Positions 27,093 to 37,834 of a stretch of 64,000 nucleotides of DNA are shown here, one piece after another; the stretch's first letter is position 1; the number at the start of each line of letters is the position of its first letter. The translations under genes and the position numbers were made by a program. The stretch is from an uncultured beta proteobacterium (GTDB taxonomy: Bacteria; Pseudomonadota; Gammaproteobacteria; Burkholderiales; SG8-39): the NCBI GenBank assembly GCA_963719995.1, contig CAVRDW010000003.1:90876-154875 (forward strand), given 5' to 3'. The notes below the pieces were generated by a model that made no database searches, was not told the origin of the DNA, and saw nothing but the letters and a program-made list of their open reading frames with translations.

Positions 27093-28052
27093 ATGCCACG
27101 CCATCGCGACTACGTTCCCCACGGCGTCATTCCGGCCGTGCTGCTGCCGTTCCATGAAGACCTCTCGATCGACGAGGCGTCCTACCGCGCGCACCTGAGG
27201 GACGTGGGCTCGGTCGAGGGCATCTCCGCGGTGACGATCAACGCGCACGCCTCCGAGGTCGCCTCCTGCACCTTCGACGAGCAGCGGCGCGTGCTCGCGC
27301 TCACCCAGGACGAGATCGGCGCCCGCGTGCCGATCGTGAACGGCATCTATGCCGAGGGCAGCCTCGAGGCGGCGCGCATCGCGCGCATGGCGCAGGAGGG
27401 CGGCGCCTCCGCGCTGCTGGTGTTTCCCTCGGGCATCACCACCTTCGGCCAGCGCCCGGAGATGGCCGTCGAGCACTTCCGGCGCATTGCCGGCGCAAGC
27501 GACCTGCCGCTGATCGTGTTCCAGTACCCGCTCGCGGGCGGGCAGGGCTATCCGCTGGCGACGCTGCTGAAGATCCTCGAGGCGGTGCCCACGGTGCGCG
27601 CGATCAAGGACTGGAGCGCGAACCCGCAGCTGCACGAGCGCCAGATCCGCGTGCTGCAGTCGCGCACGCCGGCGGTGAACGTGCTCACCACGCACAGCGC
27701 CTGGCTGATGAGCTCGCTCGTGCTGGGCTGCAACGGCCTGCTCTCGGGCAGCGGCTCGGTGATCGCGGACCTGCAGGCGCAGCTCTGGCGCGCGGTGCAG
27801 GCGAACGACCTCGCCGAGGCGCGGCGCCTGAACGACCGCATCTGGCCGACCGCCGAGGTGTTCTACAGCGAGCCCTGGGTCGACATGCACAACCGCATGA
27901 AGGAAGCGCTGGTGCTGCTCGGCAAGCTGCCGCGCGCCGTGGTGCGCCCGCCGCTCATGAAGCTGCCGGCCGCGGAGATCGAGCGCATCCGCCAGGCGCT
28001 CGTCGCGGCCGGGCTTCTCGCCGAGGGCGCGCGCGCGAAGAAGGTCGCCTGA
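27093..28052 (+). CDS. Dihydrodipicolinate synthase (DapA/NAL) family protein
   Basis: GVIPA.LLPF, HASE, LIVFQY and AIKD (Schiff-base Lys). AAGGAG RBS. Confidence 0.88.
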   Translation: MPRHRDYVPHGVIPAVLLPFHEDLSIDEASYRAHLRDVGSVEGISAVTINAHASEVASCTFDEQRRVLALTQDEIGARVPIVNGIYAEGSLEAARIARMAQEGGASALLVFPSGITTFGQRPEMAVEHFRRIAGASDLPLIVFQYPLAGGQGYPLATLLKILEAVPTVRAIKDWSANPQLHERQIRVLQSRTPAVNVLTTHSAWLMSSLVLGCNGLLSGSGSVIADLQAQLWRAVQANDLAEARRLNDRIWPTAEVFYSEPWVDMHNRMKEALVLLGKLPRAVVRPPLMKLPAAEIERIRQALVAAGLLAEGARAKKVA

Positions 28053-28090
28053 CGCTGCCCTTGGCGCAGCGCCACGCCGGTGGGGACTAG

Positions 28091-28164
28091 GGAGACTCTG
28101 ATCTATTCGCGCGGTGGCGCGTTCCGGCCGCAACGCGCCGCCGCGCGACTTGCGCAGAGCTTCC
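28091..28164. mobile_element. 74-bp mini derivative of the IS5-like MITE
   Basis: CTAG on both sides (28087-28090, 28165-28168). Ends are GGAGACTCTGATCTATTC and GACTTGCGCAGAGCTTCC. Core GCGTTCCGGCCGCAACGCGCC is shared with copies 1 and 2. Confidence 0.8.
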
Positions 28165-28509
28165 CTAGCGGTTGCCGCTGGCCTTCACGAACTCGAGCGA
28201 GGCCCGGAACAGCTCGAGATCCTTCTCGTACTCGGCCACCTCGGCGCGATTGATCTGCACCCATTCCCTCGAGCTCGCCATGCCGCCGGGCTGGAACGGC
28301 GCGATGTTGTCCCTCGAGAACTGCAATTCGGTCGCGGTGGCCACGGGCAGGCGCAGCCCGATGCCGTCGCCGCTGATGCAGGCGAACATCCTGTCGCTGA
28401 CGAAGTAGGCATCGAGGCCGTTGATCTTCTTTGTGCTGACGCCCGGAAGCTTGAGAAGCAGGGCGTCGATCTGCGCCTTGCGGCTGGATTTGGTGGTGTC
28501 GGTGCTCAA
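28165..28509 (-). CDS. TfoX N-terminal/YjbR-like domain protein
   Basis: AYFVSDRMFACI...GLRLP...PF.PG...REWVQI...ASLEFV. Confidence 0.6.
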   Translation of the reverse strand: MSTDTTKSSRKAQIDALLLKLPGVSTKKINGLDAYFVSDRMFACISGDGIGLRLPVATATELQFSRDNIAPFQPGGMASSREWVQINRAEVAEYEKDLELFRASLEFVKASGNR

Positions 28510-28521
28510 AGGGGACCTGCC

Positions 28522-28782
28522 CTAACCATGTTTCCGTTGCTTCTTTCTGCCGGCTGCACTCCGGCCGCGCTTGGTCATGGCTGCTTTCTCGGCTTCTCTG
28601 CTCTTGGCCAGTTCGGTCACCCGCTTCAATTCGAACTCTCTGGCATCCCTCCGTGCCGTCACCGCCAGCGCCTTTTCTTCTTCCGTGGGCGGATTCCAGT
28701 CGAGAAATTTCGGTCTCAGATTCTGAAAATAGGCGGAGGAGGATTCCTTCTCTCCCCCTGCTTTCGACTTCTTGGCTTTCAT
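28522..28782 (-). CDS. Small basic hypothetical protein
   Basis: 86-aa Lys/Arg/Glu-rich ORF filling the gap, in lower-GC sequence. Confidence 0.5.
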   Translation of the reverse strand: MKAKKSKAGGEKESSSAYFQNLRPKFLDWNPPTEEEKALAVTARRDAREFELKRVTELAKSREAEKAAMTKRGRSAAGRKKQRKHG

Positions 28783-28897
28783 CTTGGCTGTTTCCGGTCA
28801 GGACACTCCCTCATGCCGGCATCTTTGCATGCAGGGCAGCGAAACGCCAGATGGCCATCAAGGTTGACAGGCGCGCGAGGGCTATGCGGACAAGCTT

Positions 28898-30256
28898 TCA
28901 CGGCTTGGCAGCTGGTTCGTTCAGCCGATTGCGCACGAATCCGATGTGCGCCCGAAGCACGTAGAGCTCATTGGCGAATGCGCCCGGGATCCTGGCATTG
29001 ATCACGGTCTTCTCGATGCTGGCGAGCCGCCTTTGCAGCTCCTCCCGGCGCTCCGCGGTGACCGGCACAAGCATTTCCCGCTCCAGCGCCATCAGTTCTC
29101 CATAGCGCCGATAGATGCGTGAGCGTACGCGCCAGCTGTACATCGTCGGCACGATGCGCAGGCCCGGGATGAGCAGCACGACAATCGGAATCAGCAGCAC
29201 CAACGTGCGATCCAGGAGGCTCGCGACCCAGAATGGCAAGTGGCGATACCAGAAACCCTTGCCGGACTTGTAGTACCGGCCCGCATCGTCGCCGATGGGA
29301 TACTCATGCTCCAGCGGCGCGGGGAATTCGCCCGCTTTCTGCAGGAGCGTGGCTCGACCGTGAATTTCCCGCGCCGCCTCGATGAGCAGATCCGACAGCG
29401 CCGGGTGCAAGTCGTCTCTCGCAATCAGCTCCACCGTGGGTGCAACGAGCGTCAGCGGCTTGCGGGGAATATTCTCACCCAGGTCATATGCGCCGACCGG
29501 CAACTGCAGCCGGCTCAGATAGGGGAAGCGGCGCACGTAGGCGTCGCTCTGCACGAAATCGAAGAGATGCACTCCCGGTGCGTGAAGCAGCTTGCGCATG
29601 TTCGCGAACGAAGCGGAATCGCCGGTCAGGAACCCCGCATCGACCTCGCGGGCGAGAAAGGCGCGCACCGCGTCCTCGCCGCCGAGCGGCAGAAGCTTGG
29701 TCGGACCCGGCTCCTTGATGCCGTTTGCGTTCAGCAACGTGATGGCAAGAGCATGCGTGCCGCTGCCTACGTCGCCGACCGCGATGCGCTTGCCGGCCAG
29801 CCCGGAAAGCAGCTGTACCGGCACGGCACCACGGTAAAACACCATCAGGGGCTGGTAGAACACGCTGCCGAGGGAGACAAGGTTGCTGATGTCGGCACCC
29901 TTGGCGAGCCCGCCCTGAACGAGCCCTACGTCGACGCGAAAGGCCGGATCGCTCAACCGCTCGAGATTTTGAACGGACCCCCGGGAGGACAGGATCTCGA
30001 GGTTCACGCCATTGCGTGCCAGGATCTTGCGATAGCGCTCCGCATGCCGATGGAAAGTGCTTCCCTCGGGGCCGCTGGTCATGACGATCGTGTCCGGCGG
30101 GGCCGGTTGAACGAAGCGCAGAGCGATCCAGATCGCGACCAGGCTGATCACCAGGAACGGCCCCAGGGTCAGCGCGAGGTCGCGCCAGGAGATGCGGCCA
30201 ATTCGCGCCCGAAGGTTGAGACGCCCTGCTGCTGCCTTGGTGCTCTTCGCTTCCAT
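28898..30256 (-). CDS. TAXI-family TRAP solute-binding protein with N- and C-terminal TM segments
   Basis: SGPEGSTF, S.GSVQNL, GLVQGG, GKRIAVG..GSGT, plus a C-terminal TM and helical tail. Confidence 0.85.
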   Translation of the reverse strand: MEAKSTKAAAGRLNLRARIGRISWRDLALTLGPFLVISLVAIWIALRFVQPAPPDTIVMTSGPEGSTFHRHAERYRKILARNGVNLEILSSRGSVQNLERLSDPAFRVDVGLVQGGLAKGADISNLVSLGSVFYQPLMVFYRGAVPVQLLSGLAGKRIAVGDVGSGTHALAITLLNANGIKEPGPTKLLPLGGEDAVRAFLAREVDAGFLTGDSASFANMRKLLHAPGVHLFDFVQSDAYVRRFPYLSRLQLPVGAYDLGENIPRKPLTLVAPTVELIARDDLHPALSDLLIEAAREIHGRATLLQKAGEFPAPLEHEYPIGDDAGRYYKSGKGFWYRHLPFWVASLLDRTLVLLIPIVVLLIPGLRIVPTMYSWRVRSRIYRRYGELMALEREMLVPVTAERREELQRRLASIEKTVINARIPGAFANELYVLRAHIGFVRNRLNEPAAKP

Positions 30257-30380
30257 TTCGCGGTCCGAATCGACTGGCTGGAGAATGTGGAGTCTATCGA
30301 CCCACGGGGGTTATTCGGGCAACTTTCCTTGGCCCGCGGTAGATTGCGGCGGTACGTTCCCGCGGGGTAAGGGAGGAGGC

Positions 30381-31131
30381 ATGAGGATTTCGCCGAAATC
30401 GACAAGCATGGGCTGGCTCTTGCTGATGGCGCCGCTCGCGGCGCTCGCGCAGATCGCGCCGGAGGATTACACGCTCATCGGCGCTGCGGTGCGCTCGCGG
30501 CCGGCCTATGACGGGTCCAAGTCGCAGCGCACGGATCTCATTCCGGTACTGCGGTATTTCGGCAAACCCTGGTTCGCGCGCACGACGCAAGGGGTGCTGG
30601 AGGGCGGGGCGCGCTGGGCGCTCACGCCGGGCGTGGACGCCGGCGTGCAACTGGTCTACGAGGAGGGGCGCAAGACGAGCGAGTCGGACCTGCTCGCGAG
30701 CCTGGGTCTTGCGGACATCGATCCCGGCGTGTCCGTTGGAGCGCACGTCGAGTGGGATTTCAAGATCGGACCGGCGCCGGTCGGTCTGCTCGGGCGCGTG
30801 CGCCAGCACACGGACTCGGACCGCGGCGGGCAGGCGGACCTGCGCCTGAACGTGGGCCTGCTTGGCAGCGGCGGCCTGTTCCTCGGCGCGTATGCGCAAG
30901 GCACCTGGGCCAACTCGAAATCGGTGGAGTCCTTTTATGCCATCAACAACGCCGGCAGTGGCCTGCTGCACACCAGCCTCGGACTGCTCGGCTCGTATGA
31001 CTTCTGCCCGCCACTGGACGGCGGTAGCGGGCGCGCAGGGAAGGCGACTCCACGGCGACGCCGCGCGCAGCCCGATCACGGAGAGCGAGTCGAGCTACTA
31101 CGTCAATGCAGGCCTGGCGTACCGCATGTAG
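30381..31131 (+). CDS. MipA/OmpV-family outer membrane protein (frameshift ~31005)
   Basis: GGAGG RBS, signal peptide, P.YDGS, GDAARSPIT and a terminal GLAYRM beta-strand. Confidence 0.8.
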
Positions 31132-31194
31132 GTGCGAGGGATTGCCGTGAGCGCGAGCCGAAGGGCTGCTTGCGCCCTTGGGCGTCAATCCCGG

Positions 31195-33626
31195 TCAGTC
31201 CCCATCGTGATCTGCTTCTCCGCGACCAGCACGATCAGCGTGTCGCCGTTCGTCGTGCTCACCATGCGCCCGCGGCAACGGCCGACCGCCGGGACCGTCT
31301 ACGAAAGTCAGCGGCGACACTGCTTCCTGTTGTCCGACCCCGGGCTCGCTCCAGTCGCACACACCCTCGGGGAAAGTCGCGTGCAGCCGGGCGATTTGCG
31401 CGTCGCTGAATGTCACGGGCGCGTAGTCGGCAAGCATTAGCGGCTTGAGCTGGCACTTCAGGATGTTCTCGGCGAGCGGCCCACCGGCCACCTGGCGCGG
31501 CGACGAATGCTTCGCCAGCCTGGGGTCGGCGTCGCACAGCGCCATGTCCGTCACCTTGGTCGAGAAAGTGGCATCACCCGTCAGGTAGCAGAGGTCGAAC
31601 GCGGTGGCCGGCTTCGCCGCGATCACCTGCGCCTGGGTGCGCACCGAATTCAGCGTCGCCTTGGGCGCCGTGGTGAGCAGCTGGGTCAGCCAGGTGTCCA
31701 TCGTCAGCAACGACTCCAGCGTCACCGCGGTCACCTGCGCCGCGGTGGCGGGCAGCAGCCCGGTCCCGTAGCGCCACATCACCTGATTGCCGTGGTTGCC
31801 GTCATTCGCTGCATCGATGCGTGCGCGCTCCGCGAAACTGCGCCAGATGTAGTGGATGCCCTGTTCGTCGTAGCCGCGCGAATCGATGATCGGCAGCTTG
31901 CCGAGGTTCTTGCCGCTGGCCACGATGCCGGCGCGGTAGGCGATGCGCAGTGCCGGCAGGTCGGCCCTGGTGCGCGCCGCGATGCGGTTCGAATCGGCGT
32001 CGGTGCCGCCGATCTTCTCGTTCAGCGTGACGAACTCTTCGGGCGTGATCGCGCCCGAGAGCAGCGCCCCCAGGCCGTACTGGATGCCCACGTTGTCGCC
32101 GGTCTGTCGCGCGCGCAAGCTGCCGGGTGCGTTGGCATTGTCGGTGGTGCCCCACACGGCGGCGGAGAGGTCGTTGTCGCCGCAGCGCGTGCCGTTCGGA
32201 TTGGTCACCGGGTCGTAGACGAGCGCCGCGGGCAGCAGGCAGTTGTTGCGCGATTCGGCCAGCGTGGTCAGCGCGCCGGTCGTGCTGTTGGACGACCAGC
32301 GTGCGCGCGTAGTTGCCGGGCTTGTTGTTGAACCCGAACGCGTTGTTCCACGACTGGCAACCCAGGTGGTCGAGGTGACCGTTGATCGCGGTCTTCTTGG
32401 CATTGATCTGATCCTGCGTCAGGCCGGTCATCAACGCGGTCCAGTCCGGACCGGCGTAGAGGTTGACGAGCAGCACGCAATCGATGACTTCCAGCCCGGT
32501 GGTGATCGAATCCGGGTAGTCGCAGCTCGGCTGGATGCCGTCGAGCAGGCCGGGGAAGATCGAGGCGGCGGTGTTCTGCTGGATCGAGCCGCCCGAGCAG
32601 CCGTTGCCGAGGGTGTACTTGATCTCGCCGTACGAGTCGACGATGTGCTCCTTCATCATCATCAGCGTCTCGGCATTCAGCACGCGGTTCGAGTTGTAGA
32701 GCGAATCGGTGAGGCTGTTGTCCACGACCATGAAGCCGCGCGACAGCGCCGAGTGGTCCGCCCAGTTCTGCTCGGTGCGGAACTGCAGCCGCGGCTGGCC
32801 GGTCGAGGCGCCGAAGGTGTAGACCACCTTGCCGTTCCACTGCGCCTGGGGCGCCAGCGCCGACCAGGGCTTTGCGGGGTCGAAGAGCACCGCGATGTCG
32901 TAGATGCCGCGATTGATCGTGCCGCGCTCGACGCGCACGATGTACGGCACCGTGAGGCCCCGCCGTCGTGGTGGTCGTCGCGAGATCGGCCGGCGTGACG
33001 CCGACCGTGTAGGGCTTGAAGCAGTTGTTGGTCGGTGGCGCGGCGGGCGGGCTCGGGTCGGGCAGCGCGCTCGAGCAGCCGGCCGTCGTCGTGCGGTAGA
33101 ACAGCTTGAACTCGGTGGCGATGTTGCACTGCGCGTCGACCGCAGTGGTCGACAGGCCGCTGGCGTTGGACGCCGGCGTGTTGCCGCTCTGCGCCACCGG
33201 CAGCGGGGTGGCGCAGATCCATGGTTGCGTTTGCGAACCCAGCAGCACCGGCCCGCCGCGCGGGTGGTTGGTGATCTTCAGGCTGGCCCAGGGCCGGCCG
33301 TGGCCGTGACCGTTGGCATCGGCGACGAAGAGGTTCATACCAAGACGCATGCCGGTGAGCACGCCGCGGAAGGTTCTCGCTTGCTCATCGGCCACAAACG
33401 CCGCACCGACGTCGGCGCCGTTGAGCGTCAGCGTCACCTTCTTCATGGGCACGGTCTTCGGCACCCGCACCTCGACCAGCGCGTCGCCGTCGCTGATCAG
33501 GTCCGCCCGGTTCGACAAGGTCCTGATCTCGAAGTCGAACGGCGGCGACTTCGAATGTTCCGCGCTGGCGGAGGACGATACCAACCACGGGAGGAGCACG
33601 CAGACCGCGAAAGCAAGACGACGCAT
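31195..33626 (-). CDS. Large secreted tannase-like alpha/beta hydrolase (DUF6351-like), frameshifts ~32960 and ~32290
   Basis: Signal peptide, SNRADLISDGDALV, WNGKVVY.FG, nucleophile-elbow GCSGGS and FPEGVCDWS.PGV. Three consecutive ORF pieces. Confidence 0.75.
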
Positions 33627-33885
33627 AGGACCTCCTGGAAACGGTGACCGCGACAAGACAAGTCAATGTGGCATAGCGCCGCCGACGACTCTACGCCGAG
33701 GGGATAATTTGGGAAAGATCGAAGTTAGCTGCGAAGAAGCCCGTCCTGGATCGAGTATCGGTTACTGCGGCGCAGCATATCCCCTGGAACAAGGGCAGGC
33801 ATCCGCCCGCAGCTGGCGAGGCGGGCGCGGGAGCACTGCGAGTATTGGCCGATGGCGGTCGCTAGCCGCCCTCGATTGCGACTCG

Positions 33886-34962
33886 CTAGTTTGCCTTGAC
33901 CTCGCGCGCGAGGGAGAAACCGGCAGTGAAGCCATAGAGCCTGACCTCGGCGACGGCACCATTGGCGAGCGTACCCTCGACTTTGCCGAGCACGAATGCC
34001 TCGGTGTAGTTCACCGGCAGAGTCGTGCCGGACCCATAGCCGAGCGTGAAGGTGTGCGCGCCGGTGTCCAGCGCCGAGATCGTCCCCTTGGCCGTTACGG
34101 CAATCGCCTTGAGCGGCTGTGTGGCAACGGTCTGTGCCGTGCATGTTGGCGGTGTAGTGGCAGTGTCGAGCGTCTGGCAACGCACGGTGGTGCGCAGCTG
34201 GTCCGTCGCCGCGCGCCCGAGCAGCGCATCGAGGCCATCCTGGTCGGTGACCCCGGCGTACTGGATCGTGTACGGACTTCCCGCGACGGTCAGCACAAAG
34301 CGGTCGACGGCGGCGTCCAGGCCGGAGACCGTGCCGGAGAGACTCGTCCGGTAGCCGGCCGCCAGCTTGTCACCGGCATGCACCGGCGAGACCTTGAGCG
34401 TGACCTCGCACGGGGTGACGTTGGTATCGACGGTAAACTCCTTGAGGTCGGCGTCGAGCGCGACGTGCTCGCGATTGCCGGCAATGAGATTCACGGCCCC
34501 GGTGACATCGAGCGAGCAGACGCCGTTGGCGCAGGCAAGCCGATTCGGCCGATTGGAGTTGTCATCGTAGTAGGACACGAACTTGCACGCCTGGGGCTGG
34601 CTGGCGGGCGTTAGCCGGAGCGCAACGTCGTCATCGATCTCGACATGCAAACGGTTATACGGACCAGCCTCGCAGGTCGTGGTATCGACATGCTCGACGA
34701 GCTGGTCGCGGCCAAGCTCGGCGGCGTCGATCTGCAGCGGCCCATGGATGATCTCGCAGGATCGGCCGCTGGTGTGGCGCAACTGGACGCTATTCAGCGT
34801 GAGCACAACGCTGTCGTAAGGCCCGAGATCGTCGGTGACGTAGCCGAGGACCGTCGTGGAACCGGCCGACGCGCCACCGCCGTCACCGCCGCCGCAGGCA
34901 TAAAGCATGACGGACGCGAGCAGCGCGACCAGAGTCGCAAGCAGAGTCTTGTGCTTACTCAT
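33886..34962 (-). CDS. Cys-rich lipoprotein with a DUF4382-like N-domain and beta-rich repeats
   Basis: GAGGAG RBS, lipobox LYAC-GGG, VTDD..PYDSVVLT and repeated G.(V/I)S.LD units. Confidence 0.65.
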   Translation of the reverse strand: MSKHKTLLATLVALLASVMLYACGGGDGGGASAGSTTVLGYVTDDLGPYDSVVLTLNSVQLRHTSGRSCEIIHGPLQIDAAELGRDQLVEHVDTTTCEAGPYNRLHVEIDDDVALRLTPASQPQACKFVSYYDDNSNRPNRLACANGVCSLDVTGAVNLIAGNREHVALDADLKEFTVDTNVTPCEVTLKVSPVHAGDKLAAGYRTSLSGTVSGLDAAVDRFVLTVAGSPYTIQYAGVTDQDGLDALLGRAATDQLRTTVRCQTLDTATTPPTCTAQTVATQPLKAIAVTAKGTISALDTGAHTFTLGYGSGTTLPVNYTEAFVLGKVEGTLANGAVAEVRLYGFTAGFSLAREVKAN

Positions 34963-35202
34963 GGTTGTTCTCCTCAATACGATAGGTCATTCGATTCAGC
35001 CTTGATCGTCGTTCGAACCTGCGTGCCGGGAGCAGGCGCGGATGAGCAGCGCGCGCGCGAATTCAGGGCTGCGAGCGAGTCAAGATCAGTCTAATTCGTA
35101 CGCACCTTCTCGTATGTGCGAAGAATCGCTTTGCGGGCAGGTGCACTGTCGCCGCGAGGCGACGCTCAAGCAGGATCCGGACCGAATTGGAGAGCTAGCC
35201 GT

Positions 35203-36190
35203 TCAGGGCAGCAGCACGATCTTGCCCTGCACCTGGCGCGATTCGAACCGCGCCAGCGCTTCGGCGAAGCGCGCGAGCGGATAGCGTGCGGTGATCTCGG
35301 GCTTCAACTTTCCTTCGCCATATAGCGCGTAGAGCTCCTCCTGCACGCGCTGCACGCGCTCGGGCTCGCGCGCGCGGTAGTCGGTCCACTGCAGCCCGGC
35401 CACCGCGAGGTTCTTGACCAGCAGGTAGCCTGCCTTCACTTCGGGAATGCGCCCGGAGGCGAAGCCGATCGACACCAGGCGGCCGCACCAGGCGAGCGCG
35501 CGCAGTGCGCCGTCGAACGCGTCGCCGCCCACGTTGTCGAGCACGATGTCCACGCCGCGCTTGCCCACCGCCGAATACACCTGCGCGCGCACGCTCTCGC
35601 GCAGCTCCGGCGCCGCGAGGTCGATGACGTGGTCGGCGCCGTGGCGCCGGCACAGCTCGCCCTTTTCCTTGCTGGTCACGCCGGCGAGTCACCGTGGCGC
35701 CGAGCGCCTTGGCGAGCTGCACGCACGCCAGGCCCACGCCGCCCGAGGCGCCGGTGACGAGCACGGATTCGCCTTTCTTGTAGGCGCCGCGCTCCATGAG
35801 CGCGAAGTGCGCGGTCTGGTAGGCGAGGGCGAGCACGGCGCCTTCGTCGAAGGGCATCGCCGGCGGCATGCGGTAGCAGATCGCCTCGGGCACCACGACC
35901 TTTTCCGCGAAGGCGCCGTATTCGGGCAGCGCCATTGCGTGATCGCCCGCGCGCAAGCGCGTGACGCCTTCGCCGACCGCGCCGACCACGCCCGCGACCT
36001 CCTTGCCCGGGCTGAAGGGCCGCGGCGGCAGGAACTGGTAGCTGCCCTGCATCACCATCACGTCGGGGAAATTGATGCCCCATGCACGCGCTTCGATCAG
36101 CACCTCGCCGCGGCCGGGCACCGGGTCGGGCACGGACTCGAGCCTGTGCTGCGCGAGCGGGCCGTGCTCGCGGACGATGACTGCGCGCAT
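35203..36190 (-). CDS. NADPH:quinone oxidoreductase (zeta-crystallin/MDR family), frameshift ~35690
   Basis: GINFPD, PG.EVAGVV, GASGGVG and GKIVL terminus. Confidence 0.85.
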
Positions 36191-36255
36191 CGCCGGTCAG
36201 CTGACCACGAGCGGCCGGCTCGACGCGAGCGGCCAACTCACGGCGAGCGGCTGGC

Positions 36256-36909
36256 TCATGCGCGCTTGCCGCGTTCTTTGGCGACGCGCGCGCGGCGCGC
36301 CGGCGCGTAGGCCGCGTCGCCGAGCGCCTCGTAGAGCGCCTGCGAGACGTCGAAGTGCGCCGCGAGCCCCGTGCGCTCGAGGAGCGCGATCGGGCCTTCG
36401 GGGTAGCCCAGGCCGAGTTTCAGGGTGGTGTCCATGTCGTCGGCGGTGGCGAGGCCTTCGTCCAGGCGCCGCAGGGTCGCGTTGAGGTAGGGCCGGATCA
36501 GCCGGTCTACGATGCGCCCGGGAAAGTCGTTGCACACCGCCACGGCGAGCCCTGCGTCCTCGAACACCTTCTTCGCGGCGGCGAGCGCGGCGGGCGCGGT
36601 GTTGGGCTGCTTGACCAGCTCCACGAGCTTCGTCGGCTCGGCCGCGCCGAGCCGAAAGCGCGCGAAGCCGAGCACGTTCGAGCCTTCGGTGCCGCGCGCT
36701 TCGCCCGTGTGCACGCCCAGGCACTCGGTGCCCAGCTCCAGCACGATGGCGGTCTTCTGGTCGCGGTCCTTGATGCCCGCGAGCCCGCGCGCCACGTCGG
36801 CGCCGATGACGATGACCACGTCGCCCGCCGCCGCCGCGCCCTGCGTGAGCGCGTGCGCAGCGGGAAAGGAGCGGCTCTGGCCGGTGTCGATCACGCGGTA
36901 GGCCATCAT
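36256..36909 (-). CDS. 3-hydroxyacyl-CoA dehydrogenase-like protein with a degenerate NAD-binding domain
   Basis: DFPGRIVDRL...DMDTTLKLGLGYPEGP C-terminal domain; no GxGxxG. Confidence 0.7.
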   Translation of the reverse strand: MMAYRVIDTGQSRSFPAAHALTQGAAAAGDVVIVIGADVARGLAGIKDRDQKTAIVLELGTECLGVHTGEARGTEGSNVLGFARFRLGAAEPTKLVELVKQPNTAPAALAAAKKVFEDAGLAVAVCNDFPGRIVDRLIRPYLNATLRRLDEGLATADDMDTTLKLGLGYPEGPIALLERTGLAAHFDVSQALYEALGDAAYAPARRARVAKERGKRA

Positions 36910-37785
36910 CAGGCTCCGAACATCTTCGAGTCTTTGTAGACGTGGAAGCCGCGCCCGGACTTCTTGCCCAGGTGCCCCGCGGCGATCATGCGCTTCACCA
37001 GCGGCGGGCAGGCGGCACGCGGCTCGTGCGTCAACGCCGTGCATCGCTTCGCACAAGAGCAGCTGCGTATCCATGCCGACGAGATCGAGCAACTCGAAGG
37101 GCCCCATCGCGTAGCCCATCGCCGCCCTTGATCGCCTTGTCGATCTCGGCGGGCTCGGCGACGCCCGACTCGACCAGCCGGATGGCGTCGTTGTTGAACG
37201 GGATGAGGAAGTAATTGAGGATGAAGCCCGGGTTGTCGCGCGTCTTCACCGGGTGCTGGCCGAGCGCCTGGCAGAACTCCCACGCCGCCTGGAAGCTCGC
37301 CTCGCTGGTATTCAGGCCGGGCGACATCTCGACCAGCTTCATCAGCTGCGCCGGCAGGCAGAAATGCATGCCGACGAAGCGGTCGTCGCGGCCCGAGCCG
37401 CCGGCGATCTCGGTGATCGAGATGGTCGAGGTGTTCGAGGCGAAGAGGGTGCTGCGGCGGGCAGATGCGGTTGAGCTCGCCGAAGAGCTCGTGCTTCACC
37501 TTCAGGTCCTCGAACACCGCTTCGATGACGATGTCGCAGGCCTTGAAGTCCTCCAGCTTCGTCGTGCCGGCGAGGTTGCCCAGGATCGTGGCGACCTGCT
37601 CGGGCTTGAGCTTGCCGCGCTCGACCGACTTGGCGAAGAACGCCTCGCTCTGCTTGCGCGCCGGCGAGCGCGTCGGCGCGCGTGTCGTAGACGAGCGTGC
37701 GAAAGCCCGCGCGCGCGGCGACGATCGCGATGCCCGCGCCCATGGTGCCGCAGCCCGCGACGCCGACGGTCCGAATGCCTGCCAT
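36909..37785 (-). CDS. 3-hydroxyacyl-CoA dehydrogenase (several frameshifts)
   Basis: GCGTMGAG, IEAVFED, MHF..P, DNPGFI and GYAMGPFEL.D spread over several frames. Confidence 0.8.
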
Positions 37786-37834
37786 GCAGTCCTCCTTCTC
37801 GATGCTCCCGACGGGTGCCGCGACCTGGCGCCGC

